Of a DNA stretch of 64,000 nt, positions 9,477 to 18,810 are shown one piece after another (the first letter of the stretch is position 1; each line of letters starts with the position of its first letter). This stretch comes from Planctomycetes bacterium UBA7888. GTDB lineage: Bacteria; Planctomycetota; UBA1135. The stretch covers positions 125,623 through 189,622 of the forward strand of contig DLRM01000043.1 of NCBI GenBank assembly GCA_002500505.1, given 5' to 3'. Position numbers and translations under genes: made by a program. The notes under the pieces are model-generated. The model ran no database searches and was not told the origin of the DNA. It worked only from the letters and a program-made list of their open reading frames with translations.

Positions 9477-10850
9477 ATGCGAGTGCATCGGATTGCCGCA
9501 GTGTTGGCCATGGGACTAGGAAGTGCCTGGCTTCTTCTGGCGTCCCCCACCCTAACCGATGGCGACTCCTGCCTTTATGCTGCGATGTCTCGCGAAATGG
9601 CAGAGCTTGGGAATTGGGCAGCTCCCACTTGGGCCCACAGTGGGGAGCGGGCGGTCTTTCGCGAAAACCCGCCTGGCGCAATGTGGCTCTCCGCCTTCTT
9701 CCAATCTTTCGCCACTGGCTTTGAGGGTTCCTCCGCCCCCGCACTTTCCACCCTCTGGTGGCTTGGCCTCTTGACCGCCGCCCTTTGGCGATTGGCTGGG
9801 GGCCGAAAAGGGGCCGGAGCATTGGCCGTCCTCGCTCTCCTTCTAACTCTTCCCGTTGCGAAATACAGCCTCCGCGCTGGCCTGGAAATCCCCTTCACTG
9901 CCTGCGTTTGTGCAGCAGTAGAGTCCCTGCGTGCACGACGTCGCCGAGGCGCCATCCTAGGAGGCTTCTTCTTTGGTGGAGCCCTGCTCACTCGTGGTGT
10001 TTTTGGTTTTCTTGTTCCCCTATTGTGGATTGCCGATGCCAGAGTCGGTCACCGCCGTCCCATGCGACGCATCCTTTCAGCAGGCGTTTTGGGAATCACC
10101 TTGGCGATAGCCTTCGATCTTTTTCATCAAGCTCAAGGAGATGGCGCAAGTTTTTGGGCGACCTATTTTCAGAATCAAGTCCTTCCCTCCCTCCAAGGGG
10201 TTGCCCCACATGCTGAAACTGGCTCTACTTGGTCCTACTACGCCACTCGCCTTGGCATTTACTCTTTGCCTTGGGGACTTCTGATTCTCTGGCGACTCCC
10301 CAATCGGCTGATGCGAATGCGGCCGGAAGTTCCTCTCTGCTTCTGGTGGATTGCCGTGGTTTATGTTGGTGCATCCATTGCACACCGCGAAGGCTCCCGG
10401 TACTTATTTGCAGCGTGGCCTGCCGTAGCCCTTCTCTTTTCGGCCCTTTGGAGAGAAGATTTTGAAGCCCTAGCCGAAAAGAAGCGGGTTCGCTGGGGAG
10501 GCCTCGTGACCCTTCTCGTTCCATGCACTCTTGTTTTCGGCACTCTCCTTTCTGACACCCAAAAGGATTCTTGGACACAAAGCGCACATCGACTTGCAGA
10601 GCGCCAATCGTATGGATGGGAAAACGACACTCCGCCTGTTTTATTTAGCGAAGATTTTTCATCCCATGACGATCGACTCAAACAATTCATCCGCTGGCAC
10701 TTGAATACTTGGGCTTTCTGGTCTCCCGATCCTCCCAAAGAAAATGTTCGCCCTGCTTGGAAAGTTCAAAAGCTCGACCTATATAAACTCTCAGCCCCCA
10801 TCGAAGGCACCACCTTTTGGTGCCCTACTTTCAAAGCTCAACAGCTCTAG
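9477..10850 (+). CDS. Polytopic membrane glycosyltransferase, ArnT/PMT-like (GT-C fold, GT39/GT83-like)
   Basis: The ORF opens at TTG 9471; ATG 9477 lies 7 nt after GGTAGGA. Many hydrophobic segments. The first loop, DGDSCLYAAMSREMAELGNW...ENPPGAMW, resembles the ArnT/PMT signature. Confidence 0.65.
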   Translation: MRVHRIAAVLAMGLGSAWLLLASPTLTDGDSCLYAAMSREMAELGNWAAPTWAHSGERAVFRENPPGAMWLSAFFQSFATGFEGSSAPALSTLWWLGLLTAALWRLAGGRKGAGALAVLALLLTLPVAKYSLRAGLEIPFTACVCAAVESLRARRRRGAILGGFFFGGALLTRGVFGFLVPLLWIADARVGHRRPMRRILSAGVLGITLAIAFDLFHQAQGDGASFWATYFQNQVLPSLQGVAPHAETGSTWSYYATRLGIYSLPWGLLILWRLPNRLMRMRPEVPLCFWWIAVVYVGASIAHREGSRYLFAAWPAVALLFSALWREDFEALAEKKRVRWGGLVTLLVPCTLVFGTLLSDTQKDSWTQSAHRLAERQSYGWENDTPPVLFSEDFSSHDDRLKQFIRWHLNTWAFWSPDPPKENVRPAWKVQKLDLYKLSAPIEGTTFWCPTFKAQQL

Positions 10851-10858
10851 CTCTCCCT

Positions 10859-11647
10859 GTGAAAATCGCCACTTGGAATCTTAATTCGATTCGCGCTCGC
10901 CTACCCCGCGTTTTGGCTGCCCTTGAGCGTCATGAACCTGACCTCCTTTGCGTGCAAGAAACGAAGTCCATGAACGACAAGTTTCCTTACGAAGAGTTAG
11001 CAGAAGTGGGCTATGTGGCTTCTGCACACGGGCAAAAAACCTACAACGGAGTGGCTCTCCTTCTGCGTTCGGGTGAAGGTCAACTTGAAAATGTCCGGAA
11101 CGGCTTTGAGGGCAATCCGATTCCAGAACAAGCTCGGGTCATCAGCGGGGTCTTTAATGGAATCCAAATTGTCAATGCCTATGTCGTCAATGGAAAAGAG
11201 GTAGGCGATCCGAAATTTGAAATGAAGCTAGCTTGGCTAGACGCCCTCGACGTCTGGCTCAAAAAAGAGTTCGACCCAACTAAGCCCTTTCTTATTTGCG
11301 GAGACTTCAATATCACTCCAGACGACCGGGACGTTTGGGATGTCGAGAAATGGCAAGGAAGAATCTTCTGTACTGATAGGGAGCGTGCCTTCGTACAAGG
11401 CTTGCACGACTGGGGCCTCCAAGACTTACAAAGGAAATTTAGCGATGAGGCCGGTCTTTTTACTTGGTGGGACTACCGCGGCGGCTCTCACCCCCGAAAT
11501 CTAGGGCTTCGAATTGATTTGATGCTCGCAAGCAAAACCTTAGCCTCAAACTGTGTTGCATTTGAAGTGGACCGGGAGGAAAGACGCAAATCAACTGGAG
11601 AAGGGGCACCAAGCGATCACGCCCCTGTGATTGCGCAGTTTTCTTAG
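10859..11647 (+). CDS. xth: Exodeoxyribonuclease III (AP endonuclease, EEP family)
   Basis: The track ORF starts at 10817 and overlaps the upstream gene by 34 nt. An in-frame GTG at 10859, 8 nt after the upstream stop, gives VKIATWNLNSIRAR, the canonical ExoIII N-terminus. Motifs LLCVQETK, ICGDFNITP and SDHAPVIA are present. Confidence 0.9.
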   Translation: MKIATWNLNSIRARLPRVLAALERHEPDLLCVQETKSMNDKFPYEELAEVGYVASAHGQKTYNGVALLLRSGEGQLENVRNGFEGNPIPEQARVISGVFNGIQIVNAYVVNGKEVGDPKFEMKLAWLDALDVWLKKEFDPTKPFLICGDFNITPDDRDVWDVEKWQGRIFCTDRERAFVQGLHDWGLQDLQRKFSDEAGLFTWWDYRGGSHPRNLGLRIDLMLASKTLASNCVAFEVDREERRKSTGEGAPSDHAPVIAQFS

Positions 11648-11649
11648 GC

Positions 11650-13266
11650 CTACTCTTCTTTTTTTTCCGGCTCGTTTTCCACATCTAAAGGCAAGATGCT
11701 CCTTAGCTTGGAAAGCAACTTGGCGTTTTCATCCTTGGGGCCAATGTCGTCAGCCAGGCGCATCACTCGTCCACCTTCTTCCAGTTCCCCAGTAGCCTTA
11801 AGGAAATATCCAAGAGCTGCGTGATATTGCCCTGTCATGGGGTCTAACTCAACGGCTTTCTTCCACAACTTGAGAAGCTCTCCTTTCTCCTTCTCAACTT
11901 CCTCCCCACTCCTCTTTTTCTTGTCCATTCCAGATTTCAAGATAAAAAGAGCAAAGCGGTGGTGGGCTCGAGCACTTGCTTTTCCAGTATCAATCGCCTC
12001 CTGATATAACCGCCGAGCTCGGATTTCCCGATCGTAACGCAGGGCGTTCTCGGCGGCCTTCTCCAAACCAACACTAGAGGTCACCTTGAGTTCAGTCTTG
12101 ACATACTCATGCCACTCCTTCTCCATTTGAAGGAGGGATTCCCTGTTCTTGAGCTTCATGTACTTCATAAACACGCCCAGAACCTCTTCCTGGGGAACAG
12201 TCTTCAACCCATCGATTCCCATATGAACTCGTGCTACTTTTTTATCCTTCGCCAAGCCAACGAAGAACTTGCGAAAGTTTTTAGCATGCCGCTTATCGTT
12301 CATTAAAAAGTGAACAAATGTCCAACCCCAAGTGTAATGCTGATACATTCGAGTCGAGAGCATTTTCTCCAAGGACATCATGTCACCTTTGGCGATATCC
12401 GTCTGGACTTCGGTGAGCCGCCCTTCCAATATCAATCCTGACTCCAACTTTCCCGTTTCCTCATCCCAATGAGATGCGCCATAGAACTCCGCCAAGGCTT
12501 CACCAGGGAAATGTGGGTAAGAGAATTCAACATTAATCAGTTTCTGAAGATAGTGATTGGCCTCATGGAACATCACTTCCGTACTGTCTTCTGGGGCAAT
12601 CCGGTCATAGTAAATATCTAGTTCCAACGGTTTGACGAAACGGAAATACCCAAGGACATTGGAGTTTGCGCCGCTCACTTGGTGAAAGAGTGGCCTATCG
12701 CTATAAAAACAAACTAAGAGTCGCGTGTCCTTCGGGTCTTTGGCATAACCGCGCTGAGGCTTAACCTTCCATTCCTTACAGAAAGCCGCAAAATAGGCCT
12801 CCATAGTTCGACTATAGCGCTCGAACACATGAGGCGAAATCGTATGCTCAAAATTAAAGTACTTCGTTTGAACTTTGTAGCGATTTCTCCAGACGCTATG
12901 TTTTTTATGATCCTCAATTGCCTCGCGCTGCTCGCGGACAAATGATGCTATTTCTTTCTCTCTCTTTTTTGGAGACATCCACTTTCCACGAAAAGGCAAC
13001 AACCCATTGTCTAATTTTTTTTGCTCAAATTCGTCGTTAGCCTCATAGAGAGGGGATTCGCCACCTTCGACAACAGCAGATTCGATTAAGCGTGAGGGGA
13101 CAAAAACATCTCCGTGCTCAAAATGCACCAAGTAGCCACCCTCAGAGCTCTCCAAGTCGACTCCATCAAACACACGACCATCCTTCAGGATGAGGATGTC
13201 GGCAAAAAGTTCCCCGCAAAGAAAAATGAAAAAGGATGCGACGCAACAAATAAAGGGTCTCTTCAT
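11650..13266 (-). CDS. Secreted putative zinc metalloprotease (HExxH; DUF1570-like) with a C-terminal TPR-like region
   Basis: 538 aa with a signal peptide. HEANH is encoded at 12553..12567, followed by FPGEALAEFYG. The C-terminus is helical and TPR-like. The start ATG overlaps the upstream stop (ATGA at 13263..13266). The DUF1570 assignment is from memory and needs HMM confirmation. Confidence 0.6.
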   Translation of the reverse strand: MKRPFICCVASFFIFLCGELFADILILKDGRVFDGVDLESSEGGYLVHFEHGDVFVPSRLIESAVVEGGESPLYEANDEFEQKKLDNGLLPFRGKWMSPKKREKEIASFVREQREAIEDHKKHSVWRNRYKVQTKYFNFEHTISPHVFERYSRTMEAYFAAFCKEWKVKPQRGYAKDPKDTRLLVCFYSDRPLFHQVSGANSNVLGYFRFVKPLELDIYYDRIAPEDSTEVMFHEANHYLQKLINVEFSYPHFPGEALAEFYGASHWDEETGKLESGLILEGRLTEVQTDIAKGDMMSLEKMLSTRMYQHYTWGWTFVHFLMNDKRHAKNFRKFFVGLAKDKKVARVHMGIDGLKTVPQEEVLGVFMKYMKLKNRESLLQMEKEWHEYVKTELKVTSSVGLEKAAENALRYDREIRARRLYQEAIDTGKASARAHHRFALFILKSGMDKKKRSGEEVEKEKGELLKLWKKAVELDPMTGQYHAALGYFLKATGELEEGGRVMRLADDIGPKDENAKLLSKLRSILPLDVENEPEKKEE

Positions 13267-14882
13267 TTCAGGTATTTCATGTAAGTTTTGTCAAGAGAAG
13301 CCCAATCTTTTTCGGACCAGTCTTCAAAAGTACGGCGGAACACTTCGTCAACAAAAGCTTGCGTGCGAACCTCCCATTTATTGGAGTCGGCCTCAAAGGC
13401 CGCGTCTTCCTCTTCCTCTGTCATAGGTTCGGCCTCTTCATCATCATCCTCTTCCTTTTCTTTTTTTTCTTTCGCAGCTCGCTCTTCCAAAACAACCTGC
13501 GCATGAAGAATAATCTCTTCTGCCAACCCCTTCGTTAATTTACTTTTCGCTCCAGGCCCTTCCAATAACCAGCGCGTAAAGGAAACACACTCCCACAACA
13601 ACGACGAGCCACGAGGCACATTCCTGAACTTTCCTACTGGAAGCCGAATCAACTCGCTTGGAAGAAGGACAGATTCTTGCCGAAAGGATTCCCTAATGGA
13701 CTCGTTTTCATAGCTCGTCGCAGCAAATTGCATCTTCGACCCCTTCAAAGTACCTCCATATCGGCTCATTCCATCAAGCCCTAGCTTGAGCCAGGTCGGC
13801 AAATTGCGCCACAAGGAGCGATCCTTATCGCTAAACCAAAAGCTCATGGCCCGCCTATTCAGGTATCCCCATTCAAAACTAGACGCGCCCGCAGTACTCT
13901 TGTGGGTAAGAATTTCAATGTTAGTGAAGCTCCATGAAGAGCCTCGCTGAAAGGACCTCTCTTCCTCAACGTTGGCGCAGATTCGAATAATAGGGGCGCG
14001 AACATATTCCTCCGGATTGACATACGGAAAAGTCTTGTCCAGCCACTTAAACATTGCATCCACTTGGTTGACGACTTTCTTCGCATGTTTTTTATCGGCA
14101 TGGTTCAATACCAAGTAGCGGCTCATTTCCTTGACAATCCAATCTTCTGGGAGGTTTTCCTGAGCTTTTTTCCGTTGATTCTCTTCAACGGCCTTCCGAG
14201 TTTTCATGCGATCTTGTGGGGTATCATCTCCCCAATCAACTTCAAGAAGCTCTGTTGACTTGTCTCGAGTTTCTGTCCTTTCAATTACCTTGAACGATTT
14301 GAAGGATTTGTTCAGGCTCCGTTTCAGTTTCGGATACACCGACTCAAAGAGAATGAACTCAACAGCAATGTCTACACCAGGAAGGTGGTAAACCCAGGCG
14401 TTGACTCGCATAGGCGCATTAGAGCTCTTTTCGATTTTGATGTCATAAGCAGTAGCCTCAATGCCACGGACGTCGACTGTCTCCTCAGAATCCACAAACC
14501 AACCAGCGCCACTTGTTTTTTTTCGTAGGTAATCCAAATAATCATCGTATGGATTTTTATAAGTTATTCTGACAACATTATTTTTTTCGCCATCTACCTT
14601 TCCAGTAACTGGTCCAGACGAATCGGACTTTTCGCCAAAGGCAATCATGGTCATGCTGGGGCGATTTTCCATTGTGTAACCAAATGTTTTATCTGTGTAA
14701 TAATATTTCCGATCAGACTCATACTTCCCAACAAGGTGCCTTTCATTTGTCGCCAAGGCAATCTCCTTCCAATCTTTGGGGACATCGATCTTGAACCCAA
14801 GCTGCGGATCCTCATGCTCCAAAGGCGCCAGAACGAATGGGGAAAGGAGGAGAATCGACTTTAGAAAGAAGGGTGAATTCAT
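13263..14882 (-). CDS. Secreted hypothetical protein; degenerate DUF1570-like paralogue lacking HExxH, with an acidic C-terminal tail
   Basis: The track ORF opens at GTG 14924. ATG 14882 gives a signal-like MNSPFFLKSILLLSPFVLAPLE. ILTHKST (13893..13916)...NLPTWLKLGLDGMSRYG aligns with HExxH...PGWLDEGLACY of the neighbouring paralogues. The tail is KEKKEKEEDDDEEAEPMTEEEEDAAFE. Confidence 0.55.
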   Translation of the reverse strand: MNSPFFLKSILLLSPFVLAPLEHEDPQLGFKIDVPKDWKEIALATNERHLVGKYESDRKYYYTDKTFGYTMENRPSMTMIAFGEKSDSSGPVTGKVDGEKNNVVRITYKNPYDDYLDYLRKKTSGAGWFVDSEETVDVRGIEATAYDIKIEKSSNAPMRVNAWVYHLPGVDIAVEFILFESVYPKLKRSLNKSFKSFKVIERTETRDKSTELLEVDWGDDTPQDRMKTRKAVEENQRKKAQENLPEDWIVKEMSRYLVLNHADKKHAKKVVNQVDAMFKWLDKTFPYVNPEEYVRAPIIRICANVEEERSFQRGSSWSFTNIEILTHKSTAGASSFEWGYLNRRAMSFWFSDKDRSLWRNLPTWLKLGLDGMSRYGGTLKGSKMQFAATSYENESIRESFRQESVLLPSELIRLPVGKFRNVPRGSSLLWECVSFTRWLLEGPGAKSKLTKGLAEEIILHAQVVLEERAAKEKKEKEEDDDEEAEPMTEEEEDAAFEADSNKWEVRTQAFVDEVFRRTFEDWSEKDWASLDKTYMKYLK

Positions 14883-14955
14883 GGCTTTTCCGGAGCAGGG
14901 TTGGCCCTTTTGCTCAATATCCACTCTAGCGATGAGGGGGCGTCATGGCATGGAA

Positions 14956-16356
14956 TTATGCCTTTTTTCCCCTTCCCGATTGCCTAAAGCCAAGCCAAGC
15001 AAGCAGGAGGGCAAGGAGAAAAGCCGGTACCAATTCATAAATCAATCCCTTTAATAATGGAGTAAAAAACCAAATCAAGCTAAGAGAAAAACCTGATGCC
15101 ATGGAAGCCAATGCGTAGGATGACCGAACGGGTCCGCACCAGAGCTGAACCAGCAATAGAGGGCCAAAGGCCGCTCCCAAGGCGCTCCATGCAAACAGGA
15201 CAGAATCAAAAATCGTCTGCTCCACAAAACTAGCAGCCAAAATTGCAACCACCCCGATTATCAAAATTGTCACCCGGTCTTGAGATCTATTTCTTGATTG
15301 AGCCAAGTCATAACTCACTGTGGATGCACAAACTAATAACTGGCTATCCGCTGTTGACATAATTGCGGACAACACGGCTGCAACAATGATGCCTGCAAGA
15401 ACTGGGGAGAACAGTTCCTGGGTCAGAAGTAACAGAACAGCCTCGTTGTTGCCCACTTCTTGGATGAGGGAACGAGAACACCAGCCAACAATCAACATGC
15501 CGGTGTAAATTAATATCGCCCATATCAACGAAATCCAGGTTCCTTTCTGGACATCCTCAGAATTCCGCATGGCCATAAAACGGTTGCTTACATGTGGCTG
15601 CCCAGGGTACCCAAGGCCAATCCCCAACGTCCCCAAAACAAAGCCCACCGCTGCCGAACCTACTCTGTCTCCAAAGGGATCCCGCAAAGCGAGCTCCTCA
15701 TGATTTGATAAGCCCGCCATCATTTCTGAAAAACCTCCTATCTCAAACAGGGCAACAATCGGAACCAAAACCGCAGCAATGACCATCACCACTCCTTGAA
15801 TCAAATCAGTCACAGACACGGCCCAAAAGCCTCCCGTCATGGTGTAAAGCAAAACAATCCCTCCACCCACTCCAATTGCGAGAACATCCCCCATCCCCAA
15901 TATTTCGGAAAAGGTCACCCCTGCAGCCTTGAATTGACTCGCAACATAAACACCGAGAGAAAGCAAAATGATGATGGCTGCAAGGGCGCGCAAACGACGG
16001 TCCTTCCCACATATAAATTCTGTCAAAGTCACGGCGCCCGTCCGCGCAGACTGGCTTCGAAGACGCTCAGCCACAAAAAACCAATTTAAAGCAAAGCCGA
16101 ACATGCAGGCAGGAAGCAGCCAAACCGCAGACCATCCCCACGAAAAGGCTGCCCCTGAGACCCCAAGCAGGGTCCATGCAGAGGAGCTTGAGGCCGCAGA
16201 GGAGAGAGAGGCAATCCACGGGCCCAAACGGCGGCCGCCTAAGAAAAAATCAATCTCACTCGTCGATCGGCTGGAAGCCCAGGCTCCCACTCCCAAAAGA
16301 AGTAATTTGTAAATAACGAGGGTAACAAGAAGGGCAGTCATGGTTTGAGCCTCCAT
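14956..16356 (-). CDS. Sodium:solute symporter family transporter (PutP/PanF-like)
   Basis: 466 aa polytopic membrane protein. FFLGGRRLGPWIASLSSAASSSSAWTLLGVSGAAF matches the SSF N-terminal signature. Confidence 0.85.
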   Translation of the reverse strand: MEAQTMTALLVTLVIYKLLLLGVGAWASSRSTSEIDFFLGGRRLGPWIASLSSAASSSSAWTLLGVSGAAFSWGWSAVWLLPACMFGFALNWFFVAERLRSQSARTGAVTLTEFICGKDRRLRALAAIIILLSLGVYVASQFKAAGVTFSEILGMGDVLAIGVGGGIVLLYTMTGGFWAVSVTDLIQGVVMVIAAVLVPIVALFEIGGFSEMMAGLSNHEELALRDPFGDRVGSAAVGFVLGTLGIGLGYPGQPHVSNRFMAMRNSEDVQKGTWISLIWAILIYTGMLIVGWCSRSLIQEVGNNEAVLLLLTQELFSPVLAGIIVAAVLSAIMSTADSQLLVCASTVSYDLAQSRNRSQDRVTILIIGVVAILAASFVEQTIFDSVLFAWSALGAAFGPLLLVQLWCGPVRSSYALASMASGFSLSLIWFFTPLLKGLIYELVPAFLLALLLAWLGFRQSGRGKKA

Positions 16357-16488
16357 TTTGACGGAAGGGCGCTCCTGTTTCCCCTGGTTTTCATGATTTC
16401 CTCAAGTAAGTTGCTTTTTGTTCCGAAGAAGGGCTGAAGGGTTCGATTCCGAGCCTTTGACCTTGATCCTCAGCAAATACAAAAAACG

Positions 16489-16986
16489 ATGCAAATTAAG
16501 CGCAACGCAGGCTTTACGATTGTCGAGATGCTCATTGTTGTGACGATTCTGGCCATGTTGGCTGGTGTCCTCATTCCAGTACTCGAAGACAGTGCTTCTA
16601 CTTCACGCGACGCTCGCCGAGCCGCCGACCTGAAATCCGTTCAGGCCGCCGTCGAAGCATTCCATCGCGTCAACGGCTTATACCCCGACACCGGGAACCG
16701 TTGGTCAAATGAACTCGGCACCGCCGAAAGCTATGGCCCAGGCGGCTACATCCCGGGCTTAGTCCCTGAATTTTTGCCTGCTCTTCCAAAAGACCCCGAA
16801 GAAGGGACTGATTTTGGTAGCGAAGGTTATGCCTATCGATCTGATGGCACTAACTTCAAACTAGTTGCTTGGAACACCCCTGAGTCCTTCCCCGTAGGGA
16901 ATCCCTTTTACGATCCGCAAGCTGCCGATAAGAACTGGCAGATCTGCACTCCTGGTGCTTACGCCTGGGACCGTAGCGGAAACTAA
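16489..16986 (+). CDS. Type II secretion/type IV pilin-like pseudopilin (GspG-like) with a prepilin N-terminal methylation motif
   Basis: 165 aa. KRNAGFTIVEMLIVVTILAMLAG is a prepilin cleavage/methylation motif (G|FT..E). It is followed by ARRAADLKSVQAAVEAFHRVNGLYP, typical of GspG. Confidence 0.8.
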   Translation: MQIKRNAGFTIVEMLIVVTILAMLAGVLIPVLEDSASTSRDARRAADLKSVQAAVEAFHRVNGLYPDTGNRWSNELGTAESYGPGGYIPGLVPEFLPALPKDPEEGTDFGSEGYAYRSDGTNFKLVAWNTPESFPVGNPFYDPQAADKNWQICTPGAYAWDRSGN

Positions 16987-17007
16987 TCGAGTCATAACTG
17001 CGGACAT

Positions 17008-17046
17008 GAGGCCGTCCCCCAAGGGGCGGCCTCTTCCGTATTCTGG
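17008..17046 (+). terminator. Strong GC hairpin with a weak U-tract (possible terminator or mRNA stabiliser) between the pseudopilin and DUF1570-like genes
   Basis: GAGGCCG(T)CCCC-CAA-GGGGCGGCCTC is an 11-bp stem (10 G:C) with one bulge and a 3-nt loop at 17008..17033. It is followed by TTCCGTATTCT. Confidence 0.4.
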
Positions 17047-17051
17047 TAGCA

Positions 17052-18275
17052 ATGTTGAATCTCCTTTGCGCCCTCATTCTTGCTGCCGGTGGCGACGATC
17101 CCGTCCTGGACATTGTTGAATTAACCAGCGGGAAAAAATTGGAAGGGATTATTCTTCGAAAGACGGATGAAGAAGTTGTTCTGGCTCAAGGCTCTCGGCA
17201 CAAAACAATTGCCCAATCCAAGATTTCCAATCTATCGGGACCGCGTCCTGATTATCCGGAGTACATCCGCCGACTCAAGGAACTGGCAACCTCCACCCCT
17301 ACCGCACCGATGGCCAATGAGCTGGCAGACTGGTGCATTGAGCATGGCTATCCTCAAGACGCCAAGATGCTCCGGTACTTTGCCTTGGTTGTGGACCCTG
17401 CCAATGAGAAAGCCCACACCGCACTTGGCCACAAGAAGTACGGAGACGACTGGAAAGCCAAACTTAAGTCTGGAAGTCGAGTTCGCTGGGAAACCATCCA
17501 AGAACGAAGGTTTGATTTTTCTGATTCCTGGGAAATCCAAACGTCCCATTTTGAAGTCAAAGCCGCAGGCCCCTTGGACGATGTCATTTTTTCCTGTATG
17601 GAGCTAGAGCAATTTTATTCTCTTTATTACGCCCAATTCCAAGAAAAAATTGGCTTTTACGAACTCCAAAATCGCATTCAAATCTATATCTATCCAGACC
17701 TGGAGAGCTTTCCTCCCCAATCAGGAATTGAAGCAGCCTATTTTGATTCTTCTGAGAAAATACTGCGCTCTTTTTTCACAAGTGCAGGCCCCGATAACCT
17801 TCTCCATGAAGCGACTCACGCCCTTTTATTTAGCACGGGCAGAGAACTAGAGCGGCGGGACCCAGAGTTCCCGGGCTGGTTAGATGAAGGTCTTGCTTGT
17901 TATTTTGAGGCCGGGATAATAAAAACCCCTGGATCCATTTCCTTTGACAACACCCTCATTGAAATGCCTCGGTTCCGTGTCCATCGAGATGCCGGCAAAA
18001 AAATGGATGGGCTGACGCGAGTCCTGAATTATCAAAAGGGCGACTTTTGGGCTTCTACTGGTCGGGTAAGGCGCTATGCCCAATCCTACACTTTGGTCCG
18101 CTTCCTCTTGCATTCTGGAAATGATGAATTGCGCGAGAGCTTTTTCCGTTTTCTGTCTTCGGCCTACAGGAGCAAGGGCTCTACAACTTACTTCAAAAAG
18201 ACTTTCGGGAAAAAAACCTATAAAAACCTGGAAGAACTTTGGACTGACTGGGTCCTCAAGGTCGCCGGGAACTAA
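17052..18275 (+). CDS. Secreted putative zinc metalloprotease (HExxH; DUF1570-like)
   Basis: 407 aa with a hydrophobic N-terminus. HEATH is encoded at 17805..17819, followed by FPGWLDEGLACYFEAG. The N-terminal small beta-domain pattern (ELTSGKKLEGIILRKTDEEVVL) parallels ILKDGRVFDGVDLESSEGGYLV of the 11650..13266 protein. Confidence 0.6.
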   Translation: MLNLLCALILAAGGDDPVLDIVELTSGKKLEGIILRKTDEEVVLAQGSRHKTIAQSKISNLSGPRPDYPEYIRRLKELATSTPTAPMANELADWCIEHGYPQDAKMLRYFALVVDPANEKAHTALGHKKYGDDWKAKLKSGSRVRWETIQERRFDFSDSWEIQTSHFEVKAAGPLDDVIFSCMELEQFYSLYYAQFQEKIGFYELQNRIQIYIYPDLESFPPQSGIEAAYFDSSEKILRSFFTSAGPDNLLHEATHALLFSTGRELERRDPEFPGWLDEGLACYFEAGIIKTPGSISFDNTLIEMPRFRVHRDAGKKMDGLTRVLNYQKGDFWASTGRVRRYAQSYTLVRFLLHSGNDELRESFFRFLSSAYRSKGSTTYFKKTFGKKTYKNLEELWTDWVLKVAGN

Positions 18276-18277
18276 GC

Positions 18278-18772
18278 CTAGCCACTCGCAACGGGACTAA
18301 GGTTCACTGGCATCCAACTATCCAGAGCTTCTTGCCAAATCAAAAACCCGGTCAACTCACCACCCTTGAATTTCTCCCGAATAATATCCAAGGCGAATGG
18401 GCCCTCAGGATTCCCTCCAGGGAGGGCAAGGTACCAGCCGTGAGTTGCCAAGGGAGAAGCGAAAGGAATCGGTAAAACAGGTGAAGGCGAATCTCTAGGC
18501 TCGGTAGTTGGCGGAACAACTTCCTCGGAAACGCTTGGGGGAGAAGGAGGCGGCCCCTTCTGCCCTTCCATCCATTCCAAGCGTCTCCAGAGGCGCTCTC
18601 GCTCCAAATCGGGGAGGAATACGAGGAGAGCTAAAGATAGGACACCCCCAAGCATGCCTGCAATAAACCAAGCAACAGGGTTTCTTCCTCGCTGGCGCGC
18701 AAGGTAGCTCACCAGCAGACCAATAAGAATCTGCACGAAAACGGCGAGGGCTGGGCTAATTGCGGGAGGCAC
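18278..18772 (-). CDS. Membrane-anchored GYF_2 (DUF4339-like) domain protein
   Basis: 164 aa with a GTG start. Two N-terminal TM helices, a Pro-rich linker (GPPPSPPSVSEEVVPPTTEP), and a C-terminal GWYLALPGGNPEGPFALDIIREKFKGGELTGFLIWQEALDSWMPV typical of the bacterial GYF_2 domain. Confidence 0.6.
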   Translation of the reverse strand: MPPAISPALAVFVQILIGLLVSYLARQRGRNPVAWFIAGMLGGVLSLALLVFLPDLERERLWRRLEWMEGQKGPPPSPPSVSEEVVPPTTEPRDSPSPVLPIPFASPLATHGWYLALPGGNPEGPFALDIIREKFKGGELTGFLIWQEALDSWMPVNLSPVASG

Positions 18773-18810
18773 GTCTGAATTTTACTCCCTTTCTCCCGAA
18801 AGAAAGAAGC

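Noticed and set aside
16425-16460. GGGTTCGATTCC (16439..16450), a tRNA T-loop-like string in the symporter/pseudopilin intergenic region
   Set aside because: The flanking bases cannot form a 5-bp T-stem (only 2 bp pair), and no acceptor, D or anticodon arms can be drawn. It is probably a chance match.
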